A stretch of 40,625 nt of DNA from a virus (IMGVR_UViG_3300033508_000485:1-40625), one strand, 5' to 3'. Positions 1 through 8,926 are shown, numbered from the stretch's first letter. The notes: generated by a model from the letters alone, not told the origin. Program-made: numbers and translations.

Positions 1-530
1 ATTGTTGTTTGAATATATGCTAAAATCATTTGTTTTTGGACAATAGGTAATAAAAGAACTATTTTCAAAAATTGAGGGAGTAAAAATTCGTTTTTTATTT
101 GGAGTTTTGCACAGTTTTCTGTCAAAATAATTCTTTTTTCTGAATTATTTTTTTGTATCTGTGAAACTTTTAATTTTGCTTCGTCCTCGCATAATCCTTT
201 TTGAATCCAAAGTTCATAATTTAATATTGTTAATTTGCTTCCTGTACTTTTACCCAATTTAGCAATAGAAATAGCTTTTTTATGTTCTTCTGTAAAAGGA
301 TTTTTTTTACCAATTTTATCCCGACTATAACATAATTGTGAACAATATTTTCTATTTCGTTCTTTATACTCGACAGCAAAGTGTTTTGAGCAATAGACAC
401 ATGTTATATCTATTGAAATATTTCTATTTTCTTTATTCCTAGCAGAAGTAGAACAAGAATGAGAACAATATTTTTGATCCTTTTTATTTGTAATAAAACT
501 ATTATTACAATATAAACAATCTTTATTCAT
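1..530 (-). CDS. Putative free-standing homing endonuclease (Zn-ribbon + NUMOD3-like), runs off the window edge
   Basis: Not in ORF track. Manual translation from ATG 530 (SD GGAG) is open to base 1: MNKDCLYCNNSF...KYCSHSC...CVYCSKHF...KYCSQLC...FTEEHKKAISIAKLGK. Four Cys pairs plus a NUMOD3-like motif; catalytic domain not visible in the window. Confidence 0.6.
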   Translation of the reverse strand, partial: MNKDCLYCNNSFITNKKDQKYCSHSCSTSARNKENRNISIDITCVYCSKHFAVEYKERNRKYCSQLCYSRDKIGKKNPFTEEHKKAISIAKLGKSTGSKLTILNYELWIQKGLCEDEAKLKVSQIQKNNSEKRIILTENCAKLQIKNEFLLPQFLKIVLLLPIVQKQMILAYIQTT

Positions 531-532
531 TT

Positions 533-572
533 ATTTCTCCTATAAGATTTATCTTTCTCTTATAGGAGAAAT
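533..572 (-). promoter_or_regulatory. 15-bp perfect hairpin masking the RBS of the endonuclease ORF, AAGATAA motif in loop
   Basis: Arms 533-547 ATTTCTCCTATAAGA and 558-572 TCTTATAGGAGAAAT; on the minus strand the loop reads GAAAGATAAA and GGAG lies in the 3' arm. Confidence 0.75.
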
Positions 573-579
573 TGTTGTA

Positions 580-1068
580 TTACCCGGAGATGTTTTCTAC
601 AAAGAAAATATCATCATTTTCTGTTAAATCTTGAGCAAAAATAAATCCTTTATTTTTAGTCATAATTTGACATTTTTCAGGAATTGTATATTTTTGATCC
701 CCTAGATTAAAAGTAATACAATCATATTGAAAATTAGTTAAATCTGAAGTTGTAACTTCATTATCAAACAACAAAATAAATTCTTTTGCTTTTTTTTCAT
801 TTTGATTAATAACTTTAACGGTGGTATCCTCATGAGCACATTTTCCACTTCCCGGGTCGCCCGAAAATAATATCACCCGGCCCATTGGGAGACCTTTATA
901 CATATCCTTAGAAATAATCCAATTTAGGGCATAGTTACCTGTGGTCATCCAACCAGGAACTTCTGCCATTAGTGACTCATCCATCTGTTCCAGGGGGGAG
1001 TCGGGAAAATCTTTATTAAATTGACTGATAAGATCATCTTTAAGCTTATCCATGTTATCTTTAGCCAT
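580..1068 (-). CDS. recA: RecA/UvsX recombinase N-terminal fragment fused to an N-terminal intein half
   Basis: TGNYALNWIIS...GLPMGRVILFSGDPGSGK (RecA/UvsX Walker A region, 76 aa), then C-AHEDTTV intein-like start, stop after 86 aa. Confidence 0.85.
   Translation of the reverse strand: MAKDNMDKLKDDLISQFNKDFPDSPLEQMDESLMAEVPGWMTTGNYALNWIISKDMYKGLPMGRVILFSGDPGSGKCAHEDTTVKVINQNEKKAKEFILLFDNEVTTSDLTNFQYDCITFNLGDQKYTIPEKCQIMTKNKGFIFAQDLTENDDIFFVENISG
583..840 (-). mobile_element. Putative split intein N-half (IntN)
   Basis: Begins with Cys right after P-loop GK; ends MTKNKGFIFAQDLTENDDI, typical of the end of the N-terminal splicing region; no C-terminal HN before the stop. Confidence 0.7.
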
Positions 1069-1083
1069 GTATCCTTCCTTTTT

Positions 1084-1527
1084 TTATTTTAATGTTTTGT
1101 TTCTACCAATTCTATATTCTCTCTCACTTTCAAGAATTAAAATGGCTTTGTCTAAAATTGCCAAATCTAAAGCTTTTGTATATTGTTCAAGAAAGTAATC
1201 TACGTCGTCAACGACGCTTTGAACTGTATATTTTTCTTTATCATTATTTCTTTCTTTTATTATAGAGTTACGTATAACATAAAATTCTTCAATAGTTTTA
1301 TCAAGATCATTTTGATCTACAAAAACACCAAAATGTTTTAGCAATACCTCTCCAATCTTTGTGGAGTAACCTTCTTTTTCCTGGAGAGATACAGCTTCAT
1401 TTAATGTAGTATATGTTATATATCCTTTACTAATTAGGAATTGACCAAATAAAATTTTTTCAGCAAGTGTATCTTGAGACTTTTTTTTAACTAATTCACT
1501 TACCGATTTCATTTCAATTGGTTCCAT
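1084..1527 (-). CDS. Protein with MshEN-like (c-di-GMP-binding type) N-terminal motif
   Basis: LFGQFLISKGYITYTTLNEAVSLQ...KIGEVLLKHFG resembles RLGxxLxxxGxIxxxxLxxALxxQ-(x)n-RLGExL. Confidence 0.55.
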   Translation of the reverse strand: MEPIEMKSVSELVKKKSQDTLAEKILFGQFLISKGYITYTTLNEAVSLQEKEGYSTKIGEVLLKHFGVFVDQNDLDKTIEEFYVIRNSIIKERNNDKEKYTVQSVVDDVDYFLEQYTKALDLAILDKAILILESEREYRIGRNKTLK

Positions 1528-1529
1528 AA

Positions 1530-1814
1530 TTATTCCTTCTCTGTTCCAGCCTTAACAATCTTAATAGAAATGTCTTCCTTACCATGACGCATAGCTGTTA
1601 CAAGAATCTTTGTCTTTGGTGGGAAAGCCTGCTCAAGCATTGTCTTAAGACGCATGAGCTCAGCACCAACCAAACCGCTCTTGTCTTCTGGGATATCACC
1701 AATCTCGTAACTAGCAATAACCACATCACTCTCTGTCAAACCCTTGGTCTTGACACTTCCAATATTAATTTCACGTGTTTCACCATCATCTGTCTGAAAC
1801 AATAACTTAGCCAT
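1530..1814 (-). CDS. Hypothetical protein
   Basis: 94-aa ORF with SD AGGAG, in operon. Confidence 0.7.
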   Translation of the reverse strand: MAKLLFQTDDGETREINIGSVKTKGLTESDVVIASYEIGDIPEDKSGLVGAELMRLKTMLEQAFPPKTKILVTAMRHGKEDISIKIVKAGTEKE

Positions 1815-1848
1815 ATAAAACTCCTTTTGTGTATATTATTACCACTAT

Positions 1849-1857
1849 TAAATATGC
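1849..1857 (-). promoter_or_regulatory. GCATATTTA promoter-like motif
   Basis: Same 9-mer upstream of gene starts at 7510-7518 (-), 12117-12125 (-), 36319-36327 (+); variant at 11014-11022 (-). Confidence 0.5.
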
Positions 1858-1892
1858 ATTTCCACTTGAATAAAATGCTATAGTGTTAAAAA

Positions 1893-2195
1893 TTATTTTT
1901 TGTAATTATCATCAATAAGAATTAGTTGTGTAAGCCAATCTTCATATGGAAAGTTGACCTGGTCTGGAACATCATCAAATTCAATAAATGCATTTAATTC
2001 ATTGAGCATCTTTTGGAGAGTTTGGTGATTGATATCTAATTCAGTTATTTTATTGTATAGATCTTGATTAAATTCTCTGCCAAGTTCAATATCGGAAACA
2101 AGCTCCGCCACCAATGGGCGAAGCTGTTCCACTGTTATTTCTGACTTATGAGAATTGATATGAGTTATTTTATTGGTAACTCTTATCGGATTCAT
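1893..2195 (-). CDS. Hypothetical protein
   Basis: 100-aa ORF coupled to the upstream gene. Confidence 0.65.
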   Translation of the reverse strand: MNPIRVTNKITHINSHKSEITVEQLRPLVAELVSDIELGREFNQDLYNKITELDINHQTLQKMLNELNAFIEFDDVPDQVNFPYEDWLTQLILIDDNYKK

Positions 2196-2196
2196 C

Positions 2197-2496
2197 TTAT
2201 GCCTTGGCGGTTAGCTCTGCTTCAATAGCAGCAAGAAGCTGTTCCTTAATGGCGATAAGCTGAGTACGATTAGCCTCGACTCCCTGTACAATTGGACGGA
2301 TGACCGCAACAACTGCATTACCCTGAAGGGTGAGGGTGAGAGGATCTTCGGTTGTATCAGCAAGATTAACAATCTTAATATTCTTATCCTTAAGAATTTC
2401 TGAACAAGCATTTTCTGTAGCTCTCAAAGAATTGAGATTAGCATTTACCTGAGCAAGCTTTTCCTGAAGAGTGAGTTCCTTTACTTCGTCTGCCAT
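2197..2496 (-). CDS. Hypothetical coiled-coil protein
   Basis: 99-aa ORF with SD AAGGAG, helical composition. Confidence 0.7.
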   Translation of the reverse strand: MADEVKELTLQEKLAQVNANLNSLRATENACSEILKDKNIKIVNLADTTEDPLTLTLQGNAVVAVIRPIVQGVEANRTQLIAIKEQLLAAIEAELTAKA

Positions 2497-2520
2497 TTTT
2501 TTCTCCTTATGGTCTTTGTT

Positions 2521-2763
2521 TTACATTCCAGGGACATTATTACCACCAACTGATGGTTTGCCCTGGGTTTTTCCATTTGTTTTTTGGCGATTAGCTATCT
2601 GGGCATCGATCGCCGCTATTTGTCTTTGCATCTGCTGTTGCAGAGCAAGTTTTTTTTGTATAAGAGAAGCAATTAGTGGATCACTCAAATCTTGAGTATC
2701 AATTACTCCTGCAGCTGGTACTTGACCAGGTGCAACCTCTTTTAACAACTTTTTCAAATTCAT
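2521..2763 (-). CDS. Hypothetical protein (likely start MNLKKLLKE at 2763)
   Basis: SD GAGG before ATG 2763; Gln-rich coiled coil. Confidence 0.65.
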   Translation of the reverse strand: MNLKKLLKEVAPGQVPAAGVIDTQDLSDPLIASLIQKKLALQQQMQRQIAAIDAQIANRQKTNGKTQGKPSVGGNNVPGM

Positions 2764-2770
2764 AAATACC

Positions 2771-3457
2771 TCACATGAAACCTTCATCAGGATTATCACT
2801 TACCACTGGGGCAGGTTTAACCACTGGAGCTGGCTTTGCAGCTGGCTTAGGATTATCTTGTGTAGGCGTAGCGATAGTTTCAATTTTAACTGCAGGTTTT
2901 GTTACAACTTCTGCTGGTTTGGTTGTTGGTTCGACAGGCTTTGGAGCTGCTGGCTTAGGATCAACGGTCTTGATAACTACAGGTTCAGGTTTCACATTCA
3001 CCGGATTGGTTTTGTCGGCCGGTTTGACAGGATCTGTTTTAATCTCTGCTTTTGGAGTTGGTATTGGTTCAACCTTTGGAGCTGGTTCTGCCTTTGGAGT
3101 TGGTTTTTCAACAACTGTTTCAGGTTTTGTCTCAATAACCGGTGCCGGTACAACCACTGTTTCAGGTTTTGCCACAACCGGCACAAGTTCTGGTACAACA
3201 ACTTTTGGTTCATCAATAACTCTAACAACTGGTTCAACTTCAGTCTCCTCATTTTCAGTCATACGAGCTGAGAGTGTATAAGATGTCATTAGATTTTCAA
3301 GAGCTGTTTCCTCCTTTAAATGAACAGTTTCTGAGCCAAGCTCAATTGAAACTATACCTCTAGTCAAACCAATAACTTTACATACTACCTCAGAAGTACC
3401 AAATGCCGTCTTCAGTTTATTTGATAAATTATACTTCTCACCAACATTAAGTCTCAT
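2771..3457 (-). CDS. Hypothetical protein with long Pro/Lys/Glu/Thr/Val-rich low-complexity tail
   Basis: About 65-aa globular N-terminus followed by KPETVV, PKAE and KPAPVV repeats. Confidence 0.75.
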   Translation of the reverse strand: MRLNVGEKYNLSNKLKTAFGTSEVVCKVIGLTRGIVSIELGSETVHLKEETALENLMTSYTLSARMTENEETEVEPVVRVIDEPKVVVPELVPVVAKPETVVVPAPVIETKPETVVEKPTPKAEPAPKVEPIPTPKAEIKTDPVKPADKTNPVNVKPEPVVIKTVDPKPAAPKPVEPTTKPAEVVTKPAVKIETIATPTQDNPKPAAKPAPVVKPAPVVSDNPDEGFM

Positions 3458-5843
3458 GTTCTTTCTCCTGTGCTATCCTTGAAAATCCGTCACTCTCTTT
3501 CACAATAGCAATGTTCTTAAAAGATGGATAATCTTTAAAGTTATCTTTATGATCTATTACGAATATTGAGTTATTTCCGCGATCAATCATATCTTGTAAT
3601 ACTTCAAGTACTGAAGATATACCCTTATCATCCAAGTAATTAGACAATACTTCATCCAAGAACATAATATTCATCTTCGATGAAACATTTGTCTTAACCA
3701 AATCATTCAGAGCGAAGAGGATGGCAAGATTAAGTCTTCTCTTCTCACCACCAGAGAACATATCGTAAATTCTTTCCTTACCGTTACTATGGATGACTTC
3801 ATTTAAATCATTATCCAACTGGAGAGATACACTTCCCTCAAAGAAACGGTCCAGGTAATATTTAATCTTCGAATTGAAGTAACCAGTGATGTTGTTGATA
3901 CACCAACTCTTCATACTATTCTTTTTAGAGGAAAGAGAATCTTCCCACCACTTGGTAATAATAAATGTTTGCTTCAATGTCTTCAGCTCTTTACTATACT
4001 CTTTCTTATCCTTAGAGTATTGTTTCGCTTGATTCATCAATGATTCGAGATACTTTTTATCAACGAAGTCTTGAGCTTCCTTTTCTCTAATCTGTTGTTC
4101 CAACTCTGTCTTCTTTTCATCCAAGCGGTTGAGTTCTTCTTCATCCATTGTCTCATCAATCTCTATAGCCTCATAATCTTTTTTGATACCTGAAGCCACA
4201 GTTCGCTGCGCATCAATCTTTAAATTGAGTTTATCTATTGATTTCTGTAGCTCTGTCTTCTTTAGATTCCAGGAGTCAAGATTTTTCTTGTTATCAGCAA
4301 TCTGTATTTTCTTGCCCTTAATTGTTTCTTCAACTCTCTCAGCCAATTCAGTCTGAGCAGCCTTCCAATTTTTAAATTTATCCTCATTAATCTTATTTTC
4401 ACAAATGGGGCAAGAGTCTGGATTTTCATGAGCATGTTCCAATTCTTTTGAAACTCTCTCATACTCCTTCTCCTCTCTTACCAATTCTTTATCGAGTATA
4501 GAAATACTCTTCTCAGCATTTTTGATTAAACCAGCATATTCAGATTGAGTAGATTCTATTGTCGATTTTTCATTCTTCAATGATTCTACTTTATCAGCCT
4601 CATGACGGTATGACACCATCATATCCTCTCTCTTCTTTACAAGACGGGCAACAGCTGCAATCTTCTTTCTCTCGGCATCAATATTTGTCTGATTTATTCT
4701 ATTTAAATTATCTTGTAGAGCTTCTATCTCAAGCTTACTCTTTGTCTTTTTGTTATTACAAGAGTTGACATACTCTTGCATTGCCAACTTGGTATTCTCA
4801 ACCAACTGATCAACACTCTCTTCCTTTAATTTAACTTGCTCGTATTGTTTACGGAGAATCTTTCTCTTCTGTTGTGCAACCCAGTGATACTTTGTAAGGA
4901 TGTTGAGCTGAAGGATGTTTTCAATAATCTCCTTTTTCTTGTTTGAGTCAGCCTGAAGGAAACCAGAAATTTGTTCCTGTGTCATCATGACCGCATTAAC
5001 AAATGACTTGTAGTTGAACTTTATAATTTCGTTAATCTTGAGCTGAGTATCACCTTTGTTAGAGTCTGAGATGAGATTTTCCTCTTCCTTATTATCCTTA
5101 TAGAGGAGGAGTTTATCATAGTGCTTCTTCTGCTTCTTCCATCTCTCAACAATGTAGTTTACACCATCTGCCTCAAACTCAAGCTCAACCATACAATCCT
5201 GGTCAATTTGCTCATTAACAATCTGAGGGATATTTACCTTCTTTGTGACCTGTCCAAAAAGTGCATATGAGATGGCGTCAAAAATTGTTGAGTTGTGACT
5301 CAATATCCCATTTGAAAAATACCTTTTATTGTCTATCACCTGAATATCATAACAGTTTTCTATACGATTTAGTTTTTTAATTGATTTAATTTTTGATGTT
5401 GTCAACTCTTTATTTACAACAATTTCATCATTTTCTTCTAAGTTTTTTAATTTTATCCAACCCCGCTGCGTCATTACACGATGATCTTCTGAGGCAATAA
5501 GCTTATGCCCTGACTCTGTTTCAAGTTCATAAAGTTGCTGTAATTCTGTTTTCCAAAAACATTCAACTTTTTTCCAACCTTCATCAGTCATAACATGTAA
5601 CTCTTCGGGTATATAGAAATTGCCCTCTTCTGGGTTATCAACCAAAGAATCGATATTAATCTCTCCCAATTCTTTGGTTATAATTTTTGTTCCAGCTGCA
5701 ACACACTTTCCTGCTCCATTACTTGAACCAGTAACGTGATTATGTCCTGTGATGAGATACATTCCTGGCTGTGATAGGTCCAGTTTTTGCATATCTGGAC
5801 CAAATGAAAAGAAGTTTTGAATCTTTATGTTTTTAAATACCAT
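3447..5843 (-). CDS. sbcC: gp46/SbcC/Rad50-like recombination ATPase with mini-intein
   Basis: Walker A NGAGK|S split by an intein, coiled coil, CPIC zinc hook, FSGGEKRR signature, MFLDEV Walker B, IDH switch. Confidence 0.95.
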   Translation of the reverse strand: MVFKNIKIQNFFSFGPDMQKLDLSQPGMYLITGHNHVTGSSNGAGKCVAAGTKIITKELGEINIDSLVDNPEEGNFYIPEELHVMTDEGWKKVECFWKTELQQLYELETESGHKLIASEDHRVMTQRGWIKLKNLEENDEIVVNKELTTSKIKSIKKLNRIENCYDIQVIDNKRYFSNGILSHNSTIFDAISYALFGQVTKKVNIPQIVNEQIDQDCMVELEFEADGVNYIVERWKKQKKHYDKLLLYKDNKEEENLISDSNKGDTQLKINEIIKFNYKSFVNAVMMTQEQISGFLQADSNKKKEIIENILQLNILTKYHWVAQQKRKILRKQYEQVKLKEESVDQLVENTKLAMQEYVNSCNNKKTKSKLEIEALQDNLNRINQTNIDAERKKIAAVARLVKKREDMMVSYRHEADKVESLKNEKSTIESTQSEYAGLIKNAEKSISILDKELVREEKEYERVSKELEHAHENPDSCPICENKINEDKFKNWKAAQTELAERVEETIKGKKIQIADNKKNLDSWNLKKTELQKSIDKLNLKIDAQRTVASGIKKDYEAIEIDETMDEEELNRLDEKKTELEQQIREKEAQDFVDKKYLESLMNQAKQYSKDKKEYSKELKTLKQTFIITKWWEDSLSSKKNSMKSWCINNITGYFNSKIKYYLDRFFEGSVSLQLDNDLNEVIHSNGKERIYDMFSGGEKRRLNLAILFALNDLVKTNVSSKMNIMFLDEVLSNYLDDKGISSVLEVLQDMIDRGNNSIFVIDHKDNFKDYPSFKNIAIVKESDGFSRIAQEKEHET
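5292..5705 (-). mobile_element. 138-aa mini-intein (no endonuclease domain)
   Basis: CVAAGTKI start, ASEDHRVMT block B, CYDIQV...NGILSHN end, +1 Ser. Confidence 0.92.
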
Positions 5844-6069
5844 GTTTTCCCTTTATCCATAATTTTTGTGGATATATTCTACCACTATTTGTCTTATTAT
5901 TAGTCCGTGATAGTGGCAGATGAACAATACCACTATTAAATGATAGACACGTTCCGTACTCCTCACTATCTTTCTGCTGAAAAGATGTACACATATTCAT
6001 TTGTCCGATAAAGCAGTTATTGCAAGTCTTACCCAAAAGAACACGTTTAGCTGCTATTACAGTTGTCAT
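5833..6069 (-). CDS. Small Cys-containing hypothetical protein
   Basis: 78 aa, CNNC...C...C; overlaps both neighbours. Confidence 0.55.
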   Translation of the reverse strand: MTTVIAAKRVLLGKTCNNCFIGQMNMCTSFQQKDSEEYGTCLSFNSGIVHLPLSRTNNKTNSGRIYPQKLWIKGKHGI

Positions 6070-6371
6070 ATGGGGTAGCCATATTCCAGCTTCAATTCAT
6101 CGCTAAATCTTTCAGGTCCCCACATAGGTTCAAATGTCAATTCAACCTCAACATTATTAACATTGTTTACTTTCTTTAGTACACGCTCTACATCTTTTAT
6201 TATTTCAGGACCAAGAGGACACTGGGGTGAGGTGAGGGTGAGAAGAACATGTACATCCATATTTTCATCCTGGGTAATATCATAAATTAAACCAATATCA
6301 ACAATGGATGCATTAACTTCAGGATCCTTAACCTCTCTTACAAAATCAATCAATTCGTCATAAGTATACAT
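6066..6371 (-). CDS. sufT: SufT/DUF59 (MIP18/PaaD-like) Fe-S cluster maturation protein
   Basis: VKDPEVNASIVDIGLIYDI...LTLTSPQCPLG...VELTFEPMW matches the DPE-x-T-x-C DUF59 signature. Confidence 0.9.
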   Translation of the reverse strand: MYTYDELIDFVREVKDPEVNASIVDIGLIYDITQDENMDVHVLLTLTSPQCPLGPEIIKDVERVLKKVNNVNNVEVELTFEPMWGPERFSDELKLEYGYPI

Positions 6372-6381
6372 TTCAACCTCT

Positions 6382-7461
6382 TTACGCTAATAATTCTTTG
6401 TCTTCGTCTTCTGGCTTCCAACCAGTAAGATCTGCATCTTTAATTTCATTGAAGACCAACATAAAGTCTTCCTTAGTTAGGACATCGTCATCCAGAAGAG
6501 CTTGTATTTCAGCCTCAAACAGCTGGTTGTCTTTAACATTATCAAAATAATCGGATGCTAATTCATCCATACTACCCATAGATAAATCCTCAATAACATT
6601 TAACTCACCTTCGTTCTCTTCCTTCTCGAAAATGAAATCAACTGTTTGGGCACCAGCATCCATAATCATTTGTTTAATCTGGTGGAGGTCGGCATTATCC
6701 TTATGTGTCTTAATACGCACAAAGTTGCCCTTCAAATCTTCTACTTTATAATCATTAATATCAACTTCTTTAAACTTGGGTGCTGATTCATAAATATTGA
6801 AGTTCCAATCACCACTAGTATCAAAGAAGACATAACCCTTGTCATCATATCTTTCAGAGTAACGAGTTTGGTAGGGTGAACCTACATAACAGATGTTGCC
6901 TAGAGATTGGTGTTTGTGGAAGTGACCTGAGAAGACCTGATCAAACTTCTTAAAGTCATCACGCTCAAATCCTTCCCTACAAACTATGCCATCCATGGAG
7001 AAATTGAGAATGTCGAGATGTCCCATTAGATAATTTTTGCCATTTTTAGTATATTCAAAATCTGGTAGCTCATTGGTGTAGGAGAGGAGGTGGATTCTAT
7101 CTCCGTCAATATCAAACCACTCATAATCCTTAACAACTTTACCAAATGGAGAGAAGGAATGGATGATGGAAAATTCAGTTGTATTAAGAAGGGGCATGTC
7201 ATGATTTCCAATAAGGAAGGTCATCTTCAAACCCATCTTCTTCATGTATTCCAGCGCCTCCATGGAACGGATGTAGGCTGGAACGAAAATCTTTGATTTA
7301 ACATGGAAGAAATCACCCAAAAAGATGACGTCTGTTGTATTATTCTTCTTACATGAATCAGCAAAGTCATAAAGGAATTGAACTGCTGTATCTTCAAAAA
7401 CTGTTCTGGAAAGATGCTTATAAATATGGATATCGCCGTATATAGCATAACGCTTAGACAC
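6382..7461 (-). CDS. sbcD: gp47/SbcD/Mre11-like metallophosphoesterase nuclease
   Basis: GDIH, LGDFFH, GNHD, GH, SGHFH, YVGSPYQ motifs; near gp46. Confidence 0.93.
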   Translation of the reverse strand: MSKRYAIYGDIHIYKHLSRTVFEDTAVQFLYDFADSCKKNNTTDVIFLGDFFHVKSKIFVPAYIRSMEALEYMKKMGLKMTFLIGNHDMPLLNTTEFSIIHSFSPFGKVVKDYEWFDIDGDRIHLLSYTNELPDFEYTKNGKNYLMGHLDILNFSMDGIVCREGFERDDFKKFDQVFSGHFHKHQSLGNICYVGSPYQTRYSERYDDKGYVFFDTSGDWNFNIYESAPKFKEVDINDYKVEDLKGNFVRIKTHKDNADLHQIKQMIMDAGAQTVDFIFEKEENEGELNVIEDLSMGSMDELASDYFDNVKDNQLFEAEIQALLDDDVLTKEDFMLVFNEIKDADLTGWKPEDEDKELLA

Positions 7462-7582
7462 TATTTACCTCGTTGAGTTGATGTTGAATGTGTGTCAATG
7501 TGTTTAATATAAATATGCTTTTGTTTAAGTCTATCCTATGACAATACCGCAAGCAATCACATCTAACTATGCGATCAGGAAT

Positions 7583-7609
7583 AAAAAAGCTGACCTTTCG
7601 ATCAGCTTT
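7583..7609 (-). terminator. Intrinsic terminator after gp26/gp51-like genes
   Basis: AAAGCTGA...TCAGCTTT stem with T-tract on the minus strand. Confidence 0.7.
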
Positions 7610-7618
7610 ATTGCACCC

Positions 7619-7870
7619 TTAACGTTTGCGTACGGACGAACTATGAGACTTGGCCTTAATTTTTGAAGCTTCAGCATCTTGTACCTTCTTCTCAGAATCA
7701 AGCTGCTCAATCAATAAGCTGTATACATAGTTACGTTCGTTTATTTCCAATGATGAAGCATACTCGGGAGAAATACGCCCGAAATACGCAAGTTGAAATA
7801 TCTGTTTTGTCAGAGACTTGCGTTGTTCATTCAGCACCTCTTCAGCATTTTCATCATTCAGTGACACGAA
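7619..7870 (-). CDS. gp51-like baseplate hub assembly protein, possibly made as a +1 frameshift extension of the upstream gene
   Basis: QIFQLAYFGRISPEYASSLEINERNYVYSLLIEQLDSEK resembles gp51-like proteins following gp26 in T4-like phages; no ATG or SD; overlaps gp26 at TTT TTT CGT. Confidence 0.55.
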   Translation of the reverse strand, partial: FVSLNDENAEEVLNEQRKSLTKQIFQLAYFGRISPEYASSLEINERNYVYSLLIEQLDSEKKVQDAEASKIKAKSHSSSVRKR

Positions 7871-8717
7871 AAAAGTCTTCGGTGATTGGGATTGACGTCT
7901 CGAATGTATAACCACTTCTTGGGTCTACAACCTTAATATCTTCAATACCGCAATCAATTCTATCAATTTCCTTTCTAAAAGCAGAAGCATCCCTAGCAAC
8001 CAATGAGTTAATAAAAGCATCATATTGAGCAGCTGGAATTTCTACTCCATCCTTCTTATAAGCTTTGATTATTATGGATGAGAGACGCTTAACAATAGTC
8101 TCGTCTGTCTCTTCCGCTCCCTTTGGAGCATTATTCATCTTAATAATTTGTAACTCATCCTTTCCTCTTGGAAGACGAAACAAAATCTTATATCCAGATG
8201 GAAGAGTAACCTCAAATGGTTCCTGGATAGTGGCATCATCAAATTCCTTAATTGGGTGGGCTTGTAGGTCAACTTCCCACTGGAAACGACCTGGGTTGGC
8301 TGGGTCCTGGGATTGAAGCCAGAATTTATAAATGTTACCATAGGAGATGGAACGCAACCAGAGCATGATATACACACGGTCTGAAGAAAGAAGTTCACCC
8401 GGGTCAATATCACTCTTGATACAATTGCGGAAGATGAGGTCAAGAGCCTGACCACTTCTTACGAGACGAGATGTTGTTAGAATTTTTTCTTCAGAAACTG
8501 TCATTGGACGAATACGTAAACTTCCTCTCTCAATAATATCTGCATCAGTTGTTACGTTTTTATATAAATAACCATGTGACGGTATCTCTACCAACTCAGC
8601 ATTAGGTTCAAAAAGCATATTAGATGCTGATGTATTTTTATACGTCTTGGCAGCACCGGGCTTTGAATTTGCAACATTCTCTATACCCAACTCTTTAAGT
8701 TTATCCTGATCATTCAT
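7854..8717 (-). CDS. T4 gp26-like baseplate hub assembly protein
   Basis: VEIPSHG...IRPMTVSEEKIL...DRVYIMLWLRSISYG...VTLPSG...DFF C-terminus. Confidence 0.75.
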   Translation of the reverse strand: MNDQDKLKELGIENVANSKPGAAKTYKNTSASNMLFEPNAELVEIPSHGYLYKNVTTDADIIERGSLRIRPMTVSEEKILTTSRLVRSGQALDLIFRNCIKSDIDPGELLSSDRVYIMLWLRSISYGNIYKFWLQSQDPANPGRFQWEVDLQAHPIKEFDDATIQEPFEVTLPSGYKILFRLPRGKDELQIIKMNNAPKGAEETDETIVKRLSSIIIKAYKKDGVEIPAAQYDAFINSLVARDASAFRKEIDRIDCGIEDIKVVDPRSGYTFETSIPITEDFFRVTE

Positions 8718-8761
8718 TTTTTACTCCTCTTTTTAATTTATTAAATACAAAAACATGCACA

Positions 8762-8926
8762 TCATTTTTTAGGCTCAACCTGCTCTCCTTTTTCATAATT
8801 GTCAATGAGCTTATTTATGATTTGACTGATTGTTTTTGCATCTTCTTCAAGCTTAAGATAATTAAGCTTACGCCAAACTGTCTTTTTAATTTTTATCGTT
8901 TTGAAATCATCCTCTTCGTCACTCAC
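8762..8926 (-). CDS. Small ribbon-helix-helix-like DNA-binding protein (54 aa)
   Basis: Below ORF cutoff; GTG start with SD GGAG; KTIKIKKTVWRKLNYLKLEEDAKTISQIINKLID fits the RHH pattern. Confidence 0.6.
   Translation of the reverse strand: MSDEEDDFKTIKIKKTVWRKLNYLKLEEDAKTISQIINKLIDNYEKGEQVEPKK

Noticed and set aside
2775-3281. Plus-strand ORFs 2775-3281 and 2858-3271
   Set aside because: Antisense shadows of the low-complexity Pro-rich gene.
7462-7618. Possible tRNA or ncRNA in the intergenic region
   Set aside because: No cloverleaf or T-loop; only a terminator and a promoter-like motif are evident.
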